A stretch of 64,000 nt of DNA from contig OY759599.1 in the NCBI GenBank assembly GCA_963662465.1, positions 8,097,626 through 8,161,625 on the forward strand. Direction: 5' to 3'. The DNA comes from Desulfatiglandales bacterium (GTDB lineage Bacteria > Desulfobacterota > DSM-4660 > Desulfatiglandales > Desulfatiglandaceae). Below are positions 51,517 through 61,335 of the stretch, piece after piece; positions within the stretch are counted from its first letter, which is position 1; every line of letters starts with the position of its first letter. Under the pieces are notes generated by a model. That model made no database searches. It saw only the letters and a list, made by a program, of their open reading frames with translations, and had not been told where the DNA came from. Made by a program: the position numbers and the translations under genes.

Positions 51517-51906
51517 GAAAACCAGAAGAAAATTGACGAAAGGACTTTTGATTTTGCTTTGTTGGTGGTTGATGCTTACAGGTTTTTGCTGCACAAAAAA
51601 GAGTTTGTTTTATCCAAGCAATTTTTGAGAGCAGGCACTTCAATAGGTGCCAATGTCACAGAGGCACAGGCGGCTCAGAGTAGAAATGACTTTATTTCAA
51701 AGATGTCCATTGCTTCAAAAGAGGCAAGGGAGACGGATTATTGGGTTCGGCTTTTCAGGAAATCCGGGTATTTTAAAGGGTATGAAAAATTGGGTGTTTT
51801 GGAGAAAGATATTGCAAGTATCATGAGGATCTTGACGAGTATCGTAAAAACCACTCGGGAAAATCACCCAAAACCCAACACTCAAAACCCAAAACCGCTA
51901 AAATGA
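51511..51906 (+). CDS. Four-helix-bundle protein (23S rRNA IVP / bAvd-like family)
   Basis: LSKQFLRAGTSIGANV.EA..AQS..DFI.K..IA.KEA.ET.YW motif; both termini encoded by heptamer repeats. Confidence 0.92.
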   Translation: MGENQKKIDERTFDFALLVVDAYRFLLHKKEFVLSKQFLRAGTSIGANVTEAQAAQSRNDFISKMSIASKEARETDYWVRLFRKSGYFKGYEKLGVLEKDIASIMRILTSIVKTTRENHPKPNTQNPKPLK

Positions 51907-52352
51907 GGTGTTGTATTCATTTAAGCTGGCTCCCAAATCCAAAACGCGGGCCATACCCTCTATGGTGCCGGGATTTGCAAACAAAAAATACTTTTGCATA
52001 GAAAATCTCCTTTAATGGCGCCAGTATAACAGCGCAATTTCTCAGAAATCAAGCAGAAATCTACGATTACCAAAAAAAACAGCAGAGGATCAAAAAAAGT
52101 TCTTCAGAAGGAAAATCGGGGTCTGGCTTTCCTTGTTATCGTTTTGGGTGAAAAGGAGATCGATGAATAGGCTTTTGATTTTTCCTTTTTCTCACCACAA
52201 GACACAGAGTTCACTGAGAAAAAATGGAGAGGCGCTTTGATCGCTTCGTCTCTTAGCCTGTTTGCTGCCGATTGCTTGAGGGGGTTGGGAGGTTGTGGAA
52301 TGGGGGACGCTGTCCCCGAATTTTGTTTTTCGCGCAAAGACGCAGAGGCGCA

Positions 52353-52390
52353 GGGACCTGGGGGACGTCCATTTGTAATTCAGTAACTCG
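52353..52390 (+). repeat. Dispersed GGGACCTGGGGGACGTCCATTTGTAATTCAGTAACTCG motif
   Basis: Further copies at about 56003-56040, 57197-57233 and 57239-57276. Confidence 0.85.
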
Positions 52391-52453
52391 AAAGCATAGG
52401 AATTTCCATTTTTGATTTGGCATATCAAATAGTTGTTGCAGTGATGGCATTAA

Positions 52454-53788
52454 ATGTGTCAAAAAAAGCACATTATGCATATGCCATCAAACCAAAAAAT
52501 TGATAAGGAGACTTTCCGGACGATTTTTATTGATCATTGGGAATTATTCAAAGAGCATCATCCAGGGTATGATAATTCGCAATATGAAGATCCGGTTCAG
52601 AAAATGCTTGGTTGCGGCAAGGAAAGCGCCGGATATAGCGAGCACCGGTGTGTTTATTGCGGTGGTGATGTTCGCCGGATAGGTTTTAGTTGCAAGAGCT
52701 GTTTTTGTTTATCCTGCGCCAAGAAATATGTTGACGATTTTGTCAGTCAAGTGAGTAGGGTGCTTCATGGGGGCATGAATTACCGTCACATTGTTTTGAC
52801 AATTCCCGAGCAACTGAGAATCGTTTTTTATAAGGCTCGAAATGATGGACGTTTGTTATCGGCTTTTATGAGATGCGGGTACGAATGTTTGGAGGATGTT
52901 GTCGGAACGGTTCTTCGGCGGAAACTGAAAATAGGAACGATCGTCGTTGTTCAAACGCATGGTCGATCCGGTCATTATAATCCGCATTTGCATATCATCA
53001 TGACAAGCGGTGGGATAAATGAAGATCTGTGCGGTTGGTTTGATTTAAGGTTCTTCAAGTATGAGATTATACATAAGAAATGGCAGTATCATCTATTCAG
53101 AATGCTCAAGTCCCATTTTAACAGCAGTGCGGTCGATAAACTTATTGATGAGCTGTGGAAAAAATACCCTAAAGGTTTGGTAGCCAATGTGAGCAAGGGT
53201 AATGTTCCTGAGACATGTGGGGGTCTGGCGCGATATTTGGCGAAATATGTTGCATCTCCTCCGATAGCTCTGAGACGGATAATCAGTTATGATGGCCAAT
53301 ATGTTACCTATTGGTACAATGATCACATGACAAAATCCAGGAAGGTTGAAACCGTGGAAGTGGATGTTTTTATCGGTCGAATGGTTCAACACATAATGCC
53401 CAAAGGGTTCCAGCGGGTTCGTTATTATGGGCTACAGGCTACGAAAACTTTTAAGAAATGGTCGGAAGTAATACGGAAAGGGATGAAGGCTTTGGGGCGT
53501 GGGATTAAAGGAACGTATCAAGTCGTAAAAGCGAAAAGATATCGAGAACGTTATAAGGAGATCAGCTCTCAAGATCCTTTTTTGTGTCGTTATTGTGGCC
53601 ATGAAATGGTGCTATGGAAGATATGGCATCCAAAATATGGAGTTTTATATGACGAATATGAAAACATCAAAAACGACAGGTACGGCACGGTTACAGGACA
53701 AAATGACAGCGGGGGTGGAAGGCGAGGACTTCCCGTTCGGCCCTCCTCCGGAGGAATATCCTTACCGTTGTTCCCATTGCCGGCATGA
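52454..53788 (+). CDS. IS91-family HUH (Y2) transposase
   Basis: Zn-binding SCKSCFCLSC, H.VLTIP, HUH NPHLH, YLAKY and RVRYYG motifs. Confidence 0.9.
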   Translation: MCQKKHIMHMPSNQKIDKETFRTIFIDHWELFKEHHPGYDNSQYEDPVQKMLGCGKESAGYSEHRCVYCGGDVRRIGFSCKSCFCLSCAKKYVDDFVSQVSRVLHGGMNYRHIVLTIPEQLRIVFYKARNDGRLLSAFMRCGYECLEDVVGTVLRRKLKIGTIVVVQTHGRSGHYNPHLHIIMTSGGINEDLCGWFDLRFFKYEIIHKKWQYHLFRMLKSHFNSSAVDKLIDELWKKYPKGLVANVSKGNVPETCGGLARYLAKYVASPPIALRRIISYDGQYVTYWYNDHMTKSRKVETVEVDVFIGRMVQHIMPKGFQRVRYYGLQATKTFKKWSEVIRKGMKALGRGIKGTYQVVKAKRYRERYKEISSQDPFLCRYCGHEMVLWKIWHPKYGVLYDEYENIKNDRYGTVTGQNDSGGGRRGLPVRPSSGGISLPLFPLPA

Positions 53789-53939
53789 AATGAAGGTAAA
53801 TGAAGCGATAATAGACGTCGAGATTGCAAAAGCAGAATATGAAGGAAGGAATGTGGAAGGCTTTATGCCCATTCTCGGTTGCCCTCAGTGCAATCGAGAA
53901 ACAATGAAATATGCGCAAGGTAGAAAGCCCGCGCGTTAG
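53703..53939 (+). CDS. Small Zn-ribbon ORF overlapping the transposase end
   Basis: CSHC...CPQC; lies inside the IS. Confidence 0.5.
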   Translation: MTAGVEGEDFPFGPPPEEYPYRCSHCRHEMKVNEAIIDVEIAKAEYEGRNVEGFMPILGCPQCNRETMKYAQGRKPAR

Positions 53940-54059
53940 CGCGCTAAGTTCATATTTTGGCACCCCGGTTAAACCCCAGTGGGGGAAGCGCCCTTAACTT
54001 TTTAACTTTAGTTTGGGTTCTCGCGCGGAGGCGCTGAGACGCAAAGAAGAGAGGAAAAA

Positions 54060-54276
54060 AAGGTGAGAGGGTTAGCAGAGGTCGGAGGTCGGAGGACTGA
54101 GGTCGGATGTCGGAGGTCGGAGGTCGGAGGGCGGATGTCGGAGGTCGGAGGTCGGAGGACGGAGGACGGAGGACGGAGATCGGAGGACGGAGATCGGGAA
54201 AAGACAGAGGTCGGATGTCAGAGGTCGGAGGTCGGATGTCGGAGGTCGGAGGACGGAGGACGGAAGGCGGAGGACT
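54060..54276 (+). repeat. GGAGGTC/GGAGGAC heptamer array
   Basis: Same family at about 55697, 57423-57790, 58762-58860, 60400-60525, 62757 and 63177; reverse complement at 13360 and 26205. Confidence 0.9.
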
Positions 54277-54513
54277 GATCGCAGGTCTCAGGAATTGGGC
54301 ATAAAAACAGCCATTTCAGAATCTTCGGTTTCATTCCACGTTTGATATTGTTGAGAAATAGGGGGCGCTGGCAACTTTGTAAACTTATTCAGGGCGGTGG
54401 TCCACATACCGAAGGAATAGGCTACACTGAAGCACAAAAGGGTTTTTTGCTTGACGGCGGGGTGTTGGTACTTGGTCGTTGCCATTTGATAAGATTTTGG
54501 TTATTATCGGATT

Positions 54514-55515
54514 ATGAGTAATGAAATCGGATCAGCGCACAATAATCTGTTCCAGAACATCCTTGGCCGTGAAGATATGGCCAGGGATTTTGTCCGGTAT
54601 TATATGCCGGCGGAAATCGTCGGCGATCTGGACCTGGATACTTTGGAAGTGGCCTCTGAATCGTATATCAGTGATGATCTCAAAGAGAGCCTTTCCGATA
54701 TCGTACTCAGCCTCCAGCTCAAGGATGGGGACCCGGCTGAAATATACATTCTTATGGAACACAAAAGCGGGTTGCACAGAGGCACGCGGCTGCAACTTTT
54801 GAATTATATGAACGCCAAATGGCATGAGCTGGACAAGGCCGGAGAGTTTCGGGGATCACTGGCTGTTATCATTCCCGTGGTTTTCTACCATGGCAAGAAA
54901 AAATGGAGATACAGCCTGGAATTCTCGGACCAGTTCAATCTGCCTGGAGAGCATTATAGGAGATATGTCCCCAAATTCGAACATATTTTGCATGAAGTTC
55001 CGGAGATCAATAAGCGCAAGATCAAATCCACCATCGCTCTTGAAGTATTTCATGTGGTGCTGGAGTGTATTTTCTACCCGGAGAAACGGGAGCGAATTTA
55101 TGAATCCCTTGAGTTGTTGTTTCAGGGGTTAAACACGGATAAGGCCGGCGAGCTGTTTTATGTGTTTGTCAAATACCTGCTTTCCGCCACCGATGTAAAC
55201 CCCAGAGAGGTGGAAAAGAGGGTAAAACATCTTCCAAAAGGAGAAGAGACCGTGCGTACTACAGCAGAAGTTTTGAGGAAAGAAGGCTATGACAGTGGAG
55301 TGGTTTTCGGCGAACAACATGGCAAGCTTGAAACCGCTCAGGAAATGCTCATAGACGTCGCCGGTGAACGATATGGACTTTTGCCTTCCGTACTGGAAGC
55401 GAAAATCAAATCCATTAAGTCCATCACGACTTTGAAAAATTTGGCAAGACAAGTCGTTAAGCTGGACAGGATGGAGGGTTTTGAAAGGCTCGTCAACAAG
55501 GCTGTGGATCATTGA
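54514..55515 (+). CDS. Rpn-family recombination-promoting nuclease/putative transposase
   Basis: SDIV.S, YILMEHKS, Q.L.Y and IPVVFYHG...W motifs. Confidence 0.9.
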   Translation: MSNEIGSAHNNLFQNILGREDMARDFVRYYMPAEIVGDLDLDTLEVASESYISDDLKESLSDIVLSLQLKDGDPAEIYILMEHKSGLHRGTRLQLLNYMNAKWHELDKAGEFRGSLAVIIPVVFYHGKKKWRYSLEFSDQFNLPGEHYRRYVPKFEHILHEVPEINKRKIKSTIALEVFHVVLECIFYPEKRERIYESLELLFQGLNTDKAGELFYVFVKYLLSATDVNPREVEKRVKHLPKGEETVRTTAEVLRKEGYDSGVVFGEQHGKLETAQEMLIDVAGERYGLLPSVLEAKIKSIKSITTLKNLARQVVKLDRMEGFERLVNKAVDH

Positions 55516-56363
55516 TGCCAACTGAACCTCCAAACCCCACCCAAAACATAGTACCCCTTCCTTTCCCTTTACCTATTTTAGCCCAAAGCCATTTTGGGCA
55601 AGCTGTTCCAATTATCTACTCACCTTGGCCTTGAGCTTACTCGTAATGGAATAGGACGTTGTTCCGTAATTCCGTTTTTTGCCCACGAATCACACTGAGG
55701 ACAGAGGACGGAGGACGGAGGTCGGAGGGCGGCGTGGACGTAGGGAACGTAGTCAACTTGTAAACTTACTGATTGAGAAAAACCATTTTCAGGTGATGGG
55801 TGATTGTGTTGCGTGAAAACCCGCGTCTCCCGCGTGGCCCCTGCTTAGGGACGAGACAAGCAGGCTGGGGCTTGGGTACAGGACGAAAATCCTTTACACA
55901 AAATCGATTAATTGTTTATGACCCAGACCTCGTTATTTGATCTAACAAGCACCGTTTTTTGGACACCATCCTCGTCATATCAGCTGTATGGAGGCAAATT
56001 GTGGACCTGGGGGACGTCCATTTGTAATTCAGTAACTCGATATTTTGGCACCCCGGTTAAATGCGTTCCACTCGTCACTGGCGTGAATTTAACGGGGCAG
56101 GCGCATTTCACAGATGGCACAGATTAATTGTTTCGCGCCCAGTGAAACAACTGCAACGAAGGTTTCACAAGGCAGGCAGAGGCGCAAAGATAGAAGCTGA
56201 AAACTCAAAGGGGAAAGGACAGGGGGCAAAACTGCGGGATGGATGGATAAGTAGGGTTTTCACAGTAAGGCGGCAAAGCCGCAGTTTTGGGTTTTGGGTT
56301 TTCAGTCATTAAACTTCTTGTTTTTTGGGAAAGAAGACCAGGTACTATAGCAGCGATTATGGC

Positions 56364-56391
56364 TTGACTTTACACCATAAAGGTGTAAAAT
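56364..56391 (+). promoter_or_regulatory. mqsRA promoter with palindromic operator
   Basis: TTGACT..TAAAAT overlapping TTTACACC-ATAAA-GGTGTAAA (56369-56389). Confidence 0.7.
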
Positions 56392-56400
56392 GGATAAAGA

Positions 56401-56718
56401 ATGACAGAAAAACGAAAACCAACATACGATATAGAAGCTTTCAAAACAGCTTTTGCCAATATGGAGAGACTTTCCGCCACGGGCACAGCGCTACGAAGCG
56501 CCGCCGCATTGGGATTCGGACGCGCGGAGATCGTGGCGACGATCCAGTCAATGCAGCGAGGGCACTTTTACAAGTCTATGACCGCTTATGCCAATCATCG
56601 ACTTTGGCAGGACGTCTACCACGTCCCTTCACCGGCCGGCGAGTTGTATGTTAAGTTCACCGCCGATACCGTTACAGAGTTTTTGTTGCTATCGTTTAAG
56701 GAGAAAGACGATGACTAA
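56401..56718 (+). CDS. mqsR: MqsR toxin
   Basis: EKRKPTYD, FYKSMT....WQDVY and LLSFKEK motifs. Confidence 0.92.
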   Translation: MTEKRKPTYDIEAFKTAFANMERLSATGTALRSAAALGFGRAEIVATIQSMQRGHFYKSMTAYANHRLWQDVYHVPSPAGELYVKFTADTVTEFLLLSFKEKDDD

Positions 56719-57178
56719 TCCCATTTGTCCGGAAACGGGTGCTCCGATGCACCGCGGCGTGCAACCGATAACCATCAGGTACAAGAGCGAGACGATCACT
56801 TTCGATATGCCGGGGTGGTACTGCGACCAGTCTGATGAGAGCATTCATACCGGCAAGGACATGAAGGTATCCGACCGAATGTTAAATCGCCTTAAAGCCC
56901 TTAGCGAAGGGCTGCTTGAACCGGAGGAAATTCGTCGTATCCGCAAGAAGATTGATCTTACGCAGGAAGTCGCGGGGCGGGTAATCGGTGGTGGCCCGCG
57001 TGCCTTCCAAAAATACGAAAGCGGAGACCTGTTGCCGAGTCGGGCCATCAGTAGCGCCTTGACTTTGCTTGATCATTACCCCGAGGCGTTGGCCGTGCTT
57101 AAAGCAGGGCGCGGTATTGAAGAGCCCCTGCCTTACAAAACGACGGACCACGGCCATAACCAGAGCGCCGCTTTTTGA
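56711..57178 (+). CDS. mqsA: MqsA antitoxin (Zn ribbon plus HTH)
   Basis: CPE...GWYC, IRRIRKK..LTQ..A...GGG..AF.KYE.G motifs. Confidence 0.9.
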   Translation: MTNPICPETGAPMHRGVQPITIRYKSETITFDMPGWYCDQSDESIHTGKDMKVSDRMLNRLKALSEGLLEPEEIRRIRKKIDLTQEVAGRVIGGGPRAFQKYESGDLLPSRAISSALTLLDHYPEALAVLKAGRGIEEPLPYKTTDHGHNQSAAF

Positions 57179-58006
57179 TACCATCATGAAATGCGTGGGA
57201 CCTGGGGGACATCCATTTGTAATTCAGTAACTCAATGAGGACCTGGGGGACGTCCATTTGTAATTCAGTAACTCGATATTTTGGCACCCCAGTTAAATAA
57301 TAGCAAAAACAGATTTAACCCCGCTACCATCTTCCAGCACTGCGGGACAGGCGGGGCAGGCGCATTTCACAGATGGCACCCCGGTTGAACACCCTGGAAG
57401 GGAACCCGGTTCAACTGGGCAGGGAGGACAGAAGGCAGAGGTCAGACGACAGAGGACAGGGGACGGAGGACAGAGGACAGAGGACAGGGGACAGAGGACG
57501 GAGGGCGGATGTCGGAGGACGGAGATCAGAGGACAGATGGCGGAAGACAGATCCCAGGTCTCAGGAATTGGGCATAAAGAACAGCCATTTCAGAATCTTC
57601 GGTTCCATTCCACATTCGATATTATTGAGGCGGCGGAGAATCCCAGAGGTCAGAAGTCGGAGGTCGGTGGTCGGATGTCGGATGTCGGAGGTCGGAGGTC
57701 AAGAGGAAAAGAAGGTGAGAGGGTGAGAAGTTAAGAAGGTGAGAGGGTTAGCAGAGGACAGAGGACGGGGGACGGAAGGCGGAGGGCAGGGATAAAAGAA
57801 AAGGATCCCAGGGGTCAGGCTTTCCTTATTGTTGGTTGTGGGGGGATGTTGAGAGGGTCGCGCTGAGATCCACAGGTTACGCAGATGACACGGATTGGTA
57901 AGTATCTGGAAACGCCGCGCCCAGGTTGAATGAATAAAAAGGTCTTGACTGCCACCGATTGAATGCATAGACTAAGTTCATTGAACTCAATTTTATGAGG
58001 TGACCC

Positions 58007-58252
58007 ATGCAAACTGTTAATATCCACGAAGCCAAGACGCACCTTTCACGCTTGGTTGACGAGGCTGCCAAAGGAAATGTTTTTATCATTGCCAAGGCAG
58101 GAAAACCGATGGTCAAAGTTTTGCCCCTGTCGGATGGTGTGGTTGACGGGACTGAAAGGTTGGGGTTCATGTCCGGTGAGATCACGGTACCGGACGATTT
58201 TGATTCTCTCGGGGCAACGGAAATTACCATGCTTTTTGAAGGAAACCCCTGA
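58007..58252 (+). CDS. Phd/YefM antitoxin
   Basis: VNIHEAKTHLSRLV...IIAKAGKP; TTGACT-17-TAGACT promoter at 57945. Confidence 0.9.
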   Translation: MQTVNIHEAKTHLSRLVDEAAKGNVFIIAKAGKPMVKVLPLSDGVVDGTERLGFMSGEITVPDDFDSLGATEITMLFEGNP

Positions 58253-58638
58253 TGAAACTGTTGTTGGATACGCACATTGTTCTGTGGGCTGCAGGTCAGC
58301 CTGAAAAGCTTTCCGAATCAGCCCGAACTCTCTTGACAACACCCGAAAACGCTTTGTTTTTCAGCGTGGCCAGCATGTGGGAAATTGTCATCAAACGGGG
58401 CCTGGGACGGGACGATTTCAAGGTGAATTCGAGGCGCTTGAGAAAGATGCTTATCGCAAATGGTTATAACGAACTATCTGTTGATGCGGAGCATGTTTTT
58501 ACGGTCGAAACGCTGCCTTTACGTCATAAAGACCCTTTTGATCGCTTGCTGCTGGCCCAGGCTAAAACGGAGGGAATGCTTTTGCTTACGGTTGATGCAT
58601 CCGTTCTGCAATACCAGGAATCTGTGTTGGCTGTTTAG
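58252..58638 (+). CDS. vapC: VapC PIN toxin
   Basis: LLLDTH..LW, S.WEI.IK and HKDPFDR.L.AQA motifs. Confidence 0.92.
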   Translation: MKLLLDTHIVLWAAGQPEKLSESARTLLTTPENALFFSVASMWEIVIKRGLGRDDFKVNSRRLRKMLIANGYNELSVDAEHVFTVETLPLRHKDPFDRLLLAQAKTEGMLLLTVDASVLQYQESVLAV

Positions 58639-59004
58639 GGGAAGCACGGGCACTATTTGCCTCGGTATGGGATTTGTGTGGCTTAGATCCGCAGATTACG
58701 CAGATTACACGGATTAGGTGTCTCGCGCCAAGACGCCAAGGCGCAGAGAAGAGAGGATAGATGACGGGGGACGGAGGGCGGAAGACAGAGGACGGAGGAC
58801 GGAGGACGGAGGACGGAGGTCGGATGTCGGAGGTCGGAGGTCGGAGGTCGGAGGACAGAGGGTGAGAAAATCTAACGGGTTGAAGCCGGAATTTACACTC
58901 ACCATCAGGCGTTGCAACATGTACTCGATAGCAACTTGCAGCCTATCCAAAGGGCTTCTTGCTGCCACGATCCTGGTGCATTATCTGTCGGAAAGGATCC
59001 GAGT

Positions 59005-59340
59005 TCAATCTGCGGAAATAAGCCGTTGAGCTATGGCGCAGGCCTTTGATAAGGTTTTCTTGTCAACGCCGCCGATTTTTTTTACCAATCGTTTTTTGTC
59101 CAAACTTCTTAATTGATCCAGCATGATCTTTGAATCCTTGTCAAGACCGGCTGTACCACGGGGGATGAATACTTCAAATGGGTATATTTTCCGGGTTGTC
59201 GAGGTTATGGGCGCAACAATCAACCTGGAAGAGTTGTGATTCATGACATTTACCGAAATGACCAGCCCAGGCCTGGTCTTGCCGATTTCAGTATGTAGGG
59301 TCGGGTCCAAATTGACAAGATATACGTCTCCCTGATCCAT
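59005..59340 (-). CDS. mazF: MazF/PemK toxin
   Basis: LDPT...EIGKTRP.LVIS, APITS and DQLRSLDK.RL motifs. Confidence 0.92.
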   Translation of the reverse strand: MDQGDVYLVNLDPTLHTEIGKTRPGLVISVNVMNHNSSRLIVAPITSTTRKIYPFEVFIPRGTAGLDKDSKIMLDQLRSLDKKRLVKKIGGVDKKTLSKACAIAQRLISAD

Positions 59341-59583
59341 TTAGTCCCACCCCTCTGGGTCCAAGGATTCCCATACTCTAATATCGGCCTGACGGTCTTT
59401 GTCTTTTGCAGCCTCTGAAAATGCCAGGCTCAATGCCTTTTCCTCTTCCTGCCGTATTTTTTTTGTGATTTCGTTTTTTAATAACTCATTGACAACCCTG
59501 CTTTTCTGGCGATTCGGAACCAGTTCCCCAAACCTTTCCCATATTTGGCGCTCAATGGTTAAATTTACCCTGATCTGTTCCAT
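59341..59583 (-). CDS. Putative MazE-type (RHH) antitoxin
   Basis: RVNLTI start, acidic C-terminus, directly upstream of mazF. Confidence 0.75.
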   Translation of the reverse strand: MEQIRVNLTIERQIWERFGELVPNRQKSRVVNELLKNEITKKIRQEEEKALSLAFSEAAKDKDRQADIRVWESLDPEGWD

Positions 59584-59798
59584 CCGTCCCTCCTTCCTCT
59601 ATTTGTGTTGCCTGCTGGATGTATACTAATACAGCAAAACCAGAAGGGCAAGGGATTAACGGGGTCAGGCTTTCCTTATTGTCGTTTTGAGGAATTGGTG
59701 TTTTGGAAAAGGGATTGCGAAAAGTAGAGGGCGCCTAATCTCGCTGGCATCAACGATGATGCGGCCGCATGGATAACTGAAAAAGGCAGTTTTACGTT

Positions 59799-60101
59799 CT
59801 AAGTGTTTCGGCCAGAGTCTACAAGGGCCATCTCGATTCGTTTTCCCAGTACAGCGGCAGCTTTGCTGATTGTGGCGATGGTTACGTTGTGTGCTTCTTC
59901 ATTGAGAAGACGTTCCAATGCTGATCTGCTCGTTTTCATTCGGGTTGCCATCTCTGTTTTTCGAATACCTTGTTCTTCCATCATGGTTTTTAGCTGGTGG
60001 GCAAGGTTTTTTTTCAAGGCATTCAACTGAACTTGCTCATAGATGCCCTCTTCCTGGAGGAAATCATCAAAGCTCTGCCCTACATGGTGTTTCTTTAGCA
60101 T
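59799..60101 (-). CDS. XRE-HTH antitoxin
   Basis: G.SFDDFL.EEG, MA.RMKTSRS...RLL motifs. Confidence 0.85.
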   Translation of the reverse strand: MLKKHHVGQSFDDFLQEEGIYEQVQLNALKKNLAHQLKTMMEEQGIRKTEMATRMKTSRSALERLLNEEAHNVTIATISKAAAVLGKRIEMALVDSGRNT

Positions 60102-60104
60102 TTC

Positions 60105-60377
60105 TTAGCCCTCCATTTCTCTTTTTCTGCTTTTGGCCAATTCAAGATCCCCTTTCGGAATCTTTTTTGATTTTTTGATGAATCCATGGAGCAGGTACAA
60201 TTGATCAGATTCAATGAAAAAGAGTACCCGCGCTGCTCGGCCGTTCGAAATCCGAGAGCGTATTTCAAAATTTCCGTTTCCGAGAGGCTTACATCTTGGG
60301 GGACCTACAGGCCAATGATATTCCACATTGGCGATATCTCCGCCGATCTCTATTCTGTCCTCTTTGGCCAATGACAA
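60105..60377 (-). pseudogene. RelE/Gp49-like toxin, probably 5'-truncated by the repeat block
   Basis: WPVGPP, EIRS, ARVLF and LLHGFIKK motifs; no clear start or RBS. Confidence 0.7.
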
Positions 60378-60574
60378 TAGCCATTCCCGGACAGTAAAGA
60401 CAGATGTCAGAGGTCGGAGGTCGGAAGTCAGGAAGGGACAGAGGGCGGAGGTCGGAGGGCGGAGGACGGGAAAAGACAGAGGTCGGATGTCGGATGTCGG
60501 AGGTCGGAGGTCGGAGGTCGGGGGTGAGGGGGCTGAGTTTTGGGTTCTGGGTTATGGATTTTGAGTTAGAAATG

Positions 60575-60620
60575 GAAGAAAATTGACGAAAGGACTTTTG
60601 ATTTTGCTTTGTTGGATGTT
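60575..60620 (+). pseudogene. 5' fragment of the four-helix-bundle gene
   Basis: GAAGAAAATTGACGAAAGGACTTTTGATTTTGCTTTGTTGG identical to about 51525-51565, again preceded by TTTTGGG heptamers. Confidence 0.8.
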
Positions 60621-60629
60621 TAGGCGAAG

Positions 60630-60920
60630 TTACGCTCGATGTGCGTGCAGCTTTAGCCCAAGGGCCTTAATGACCTTGAGGATCGTCCCGAATTCCGGGT
60701 TTCCATTCTTTGAGAGCGCTTTGTAAAGGTTCTCCCTTGCCAGTCCGGTATCGCGTGCCAGCTGTGACATACCTCTGGCTCGCGCGATGACCCCCAATGC
60801 ATGAGCGATGAATGCGGGGTTGTCCCCTGCTTCTTCGAGGCAGGCATCCAAATATGCTGCCATATCGTCATCGGTTTTCAGATATTCGGCGGTATCGTAT
60901 CGGGTAAATTTTTCAGACAT
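60630..60920 (-). CDS. Addiction-module antidote (HI1420-like HTH)
   Basis: D.AEYL, ALG.IARARGMSQLA..TGL.RE.LY..LS..GNP motifs. Confidence 0.9.
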   Translation of the reverse strand: MSEKFTRYDTAEYLKTDDDMAAYLDACLEEAGDNPAFIAHALGVIARARGMSQLARDTGLARENLYKALSKNGNPEFGTILKVIKALGLKLHAHRA

Positions 60921-61221
60921 TCTTCAACCCCTTCCATTTCTTGGCAATCGTTTGTGCCTGCTGGATATCCCGGTCCTGTGAGGATTTGTCACCACCACAC
61001 AGCATCACCAACATGTTCAACTCGGGCTGCATGCAGTAAAGCCGATAGCCTGGTCCGTAGTGAATGCGCAACTCGGACAGCCCATGCCCAATGGGGCGAA
61101 TATCACCCAGGTTGCCTAAGCCCACACGATCAAGTTTTGCATGGATCCTCATGCGTGCCCGACGGTCTTTCAGATTCCCTAACCATTGAGAAAAAGTGGC
61201 ACTTTCGATAATTTCAATCAT
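60913..61221 (-). CDS. Addiction-module killer (RelE/ParE, HI1419-like)
   Basis: GNLGD...G.SELRIHYGPGYR.Y and GGDKSSQ..DI motifs. Confidence 0.9.
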   Translation of the reverse strand: MIEIIESATFSQWLGNLKDRRARMRIHAKLDRVGLGNLGDIRPIGHGLSELRIHYGPGYRLYCMQPELNMLVMLCGGDKSSQDRDIQQAQTIAKKWKGLKNV

Positions 61222-61335
61222 ATCTGGCTTTGTAACTTACAAAATACAATAAGTCAAGCAAGAACAATTTGAGGGTTCGTTTCTTCACAGGAGACGACGG
61301 AAGACGGAGGATGGATGACAGCGGGTCGGCTGATA

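Larger units (their letters stand above)
52391..53951 (+). mobile_element. IS91-family rolling-circle insertion sequence
   Basis: Boundaries defined by the empty site AACTCG|ATATTTTGGCACCCC at about 56034 and 57270; no target duplication; right end is a hairpin plus GTTC. Confidence 0.8.

Noticed and set aside
50900..51643. 247-aa minus-strand ORF with 35-aa repeats
   Set aside because: Product of the stop-poor repeat array and antisense to the four-helix-bundle gene; the frame is broken further into the array.
51511..51906. Diversity-generating retroelement (Avd-like gene)
   Set aside because: No reverse transcriptase and no TR/VR pair with adenine-specific differences seen; duplicate differences involve all bases.
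54063..54304. R/G/S/E-rich ORFs (also 57373, 58718, 60328, 63103, 23650, 6320)
   Set aside because: Translations of heptamer repeats without credible starts.
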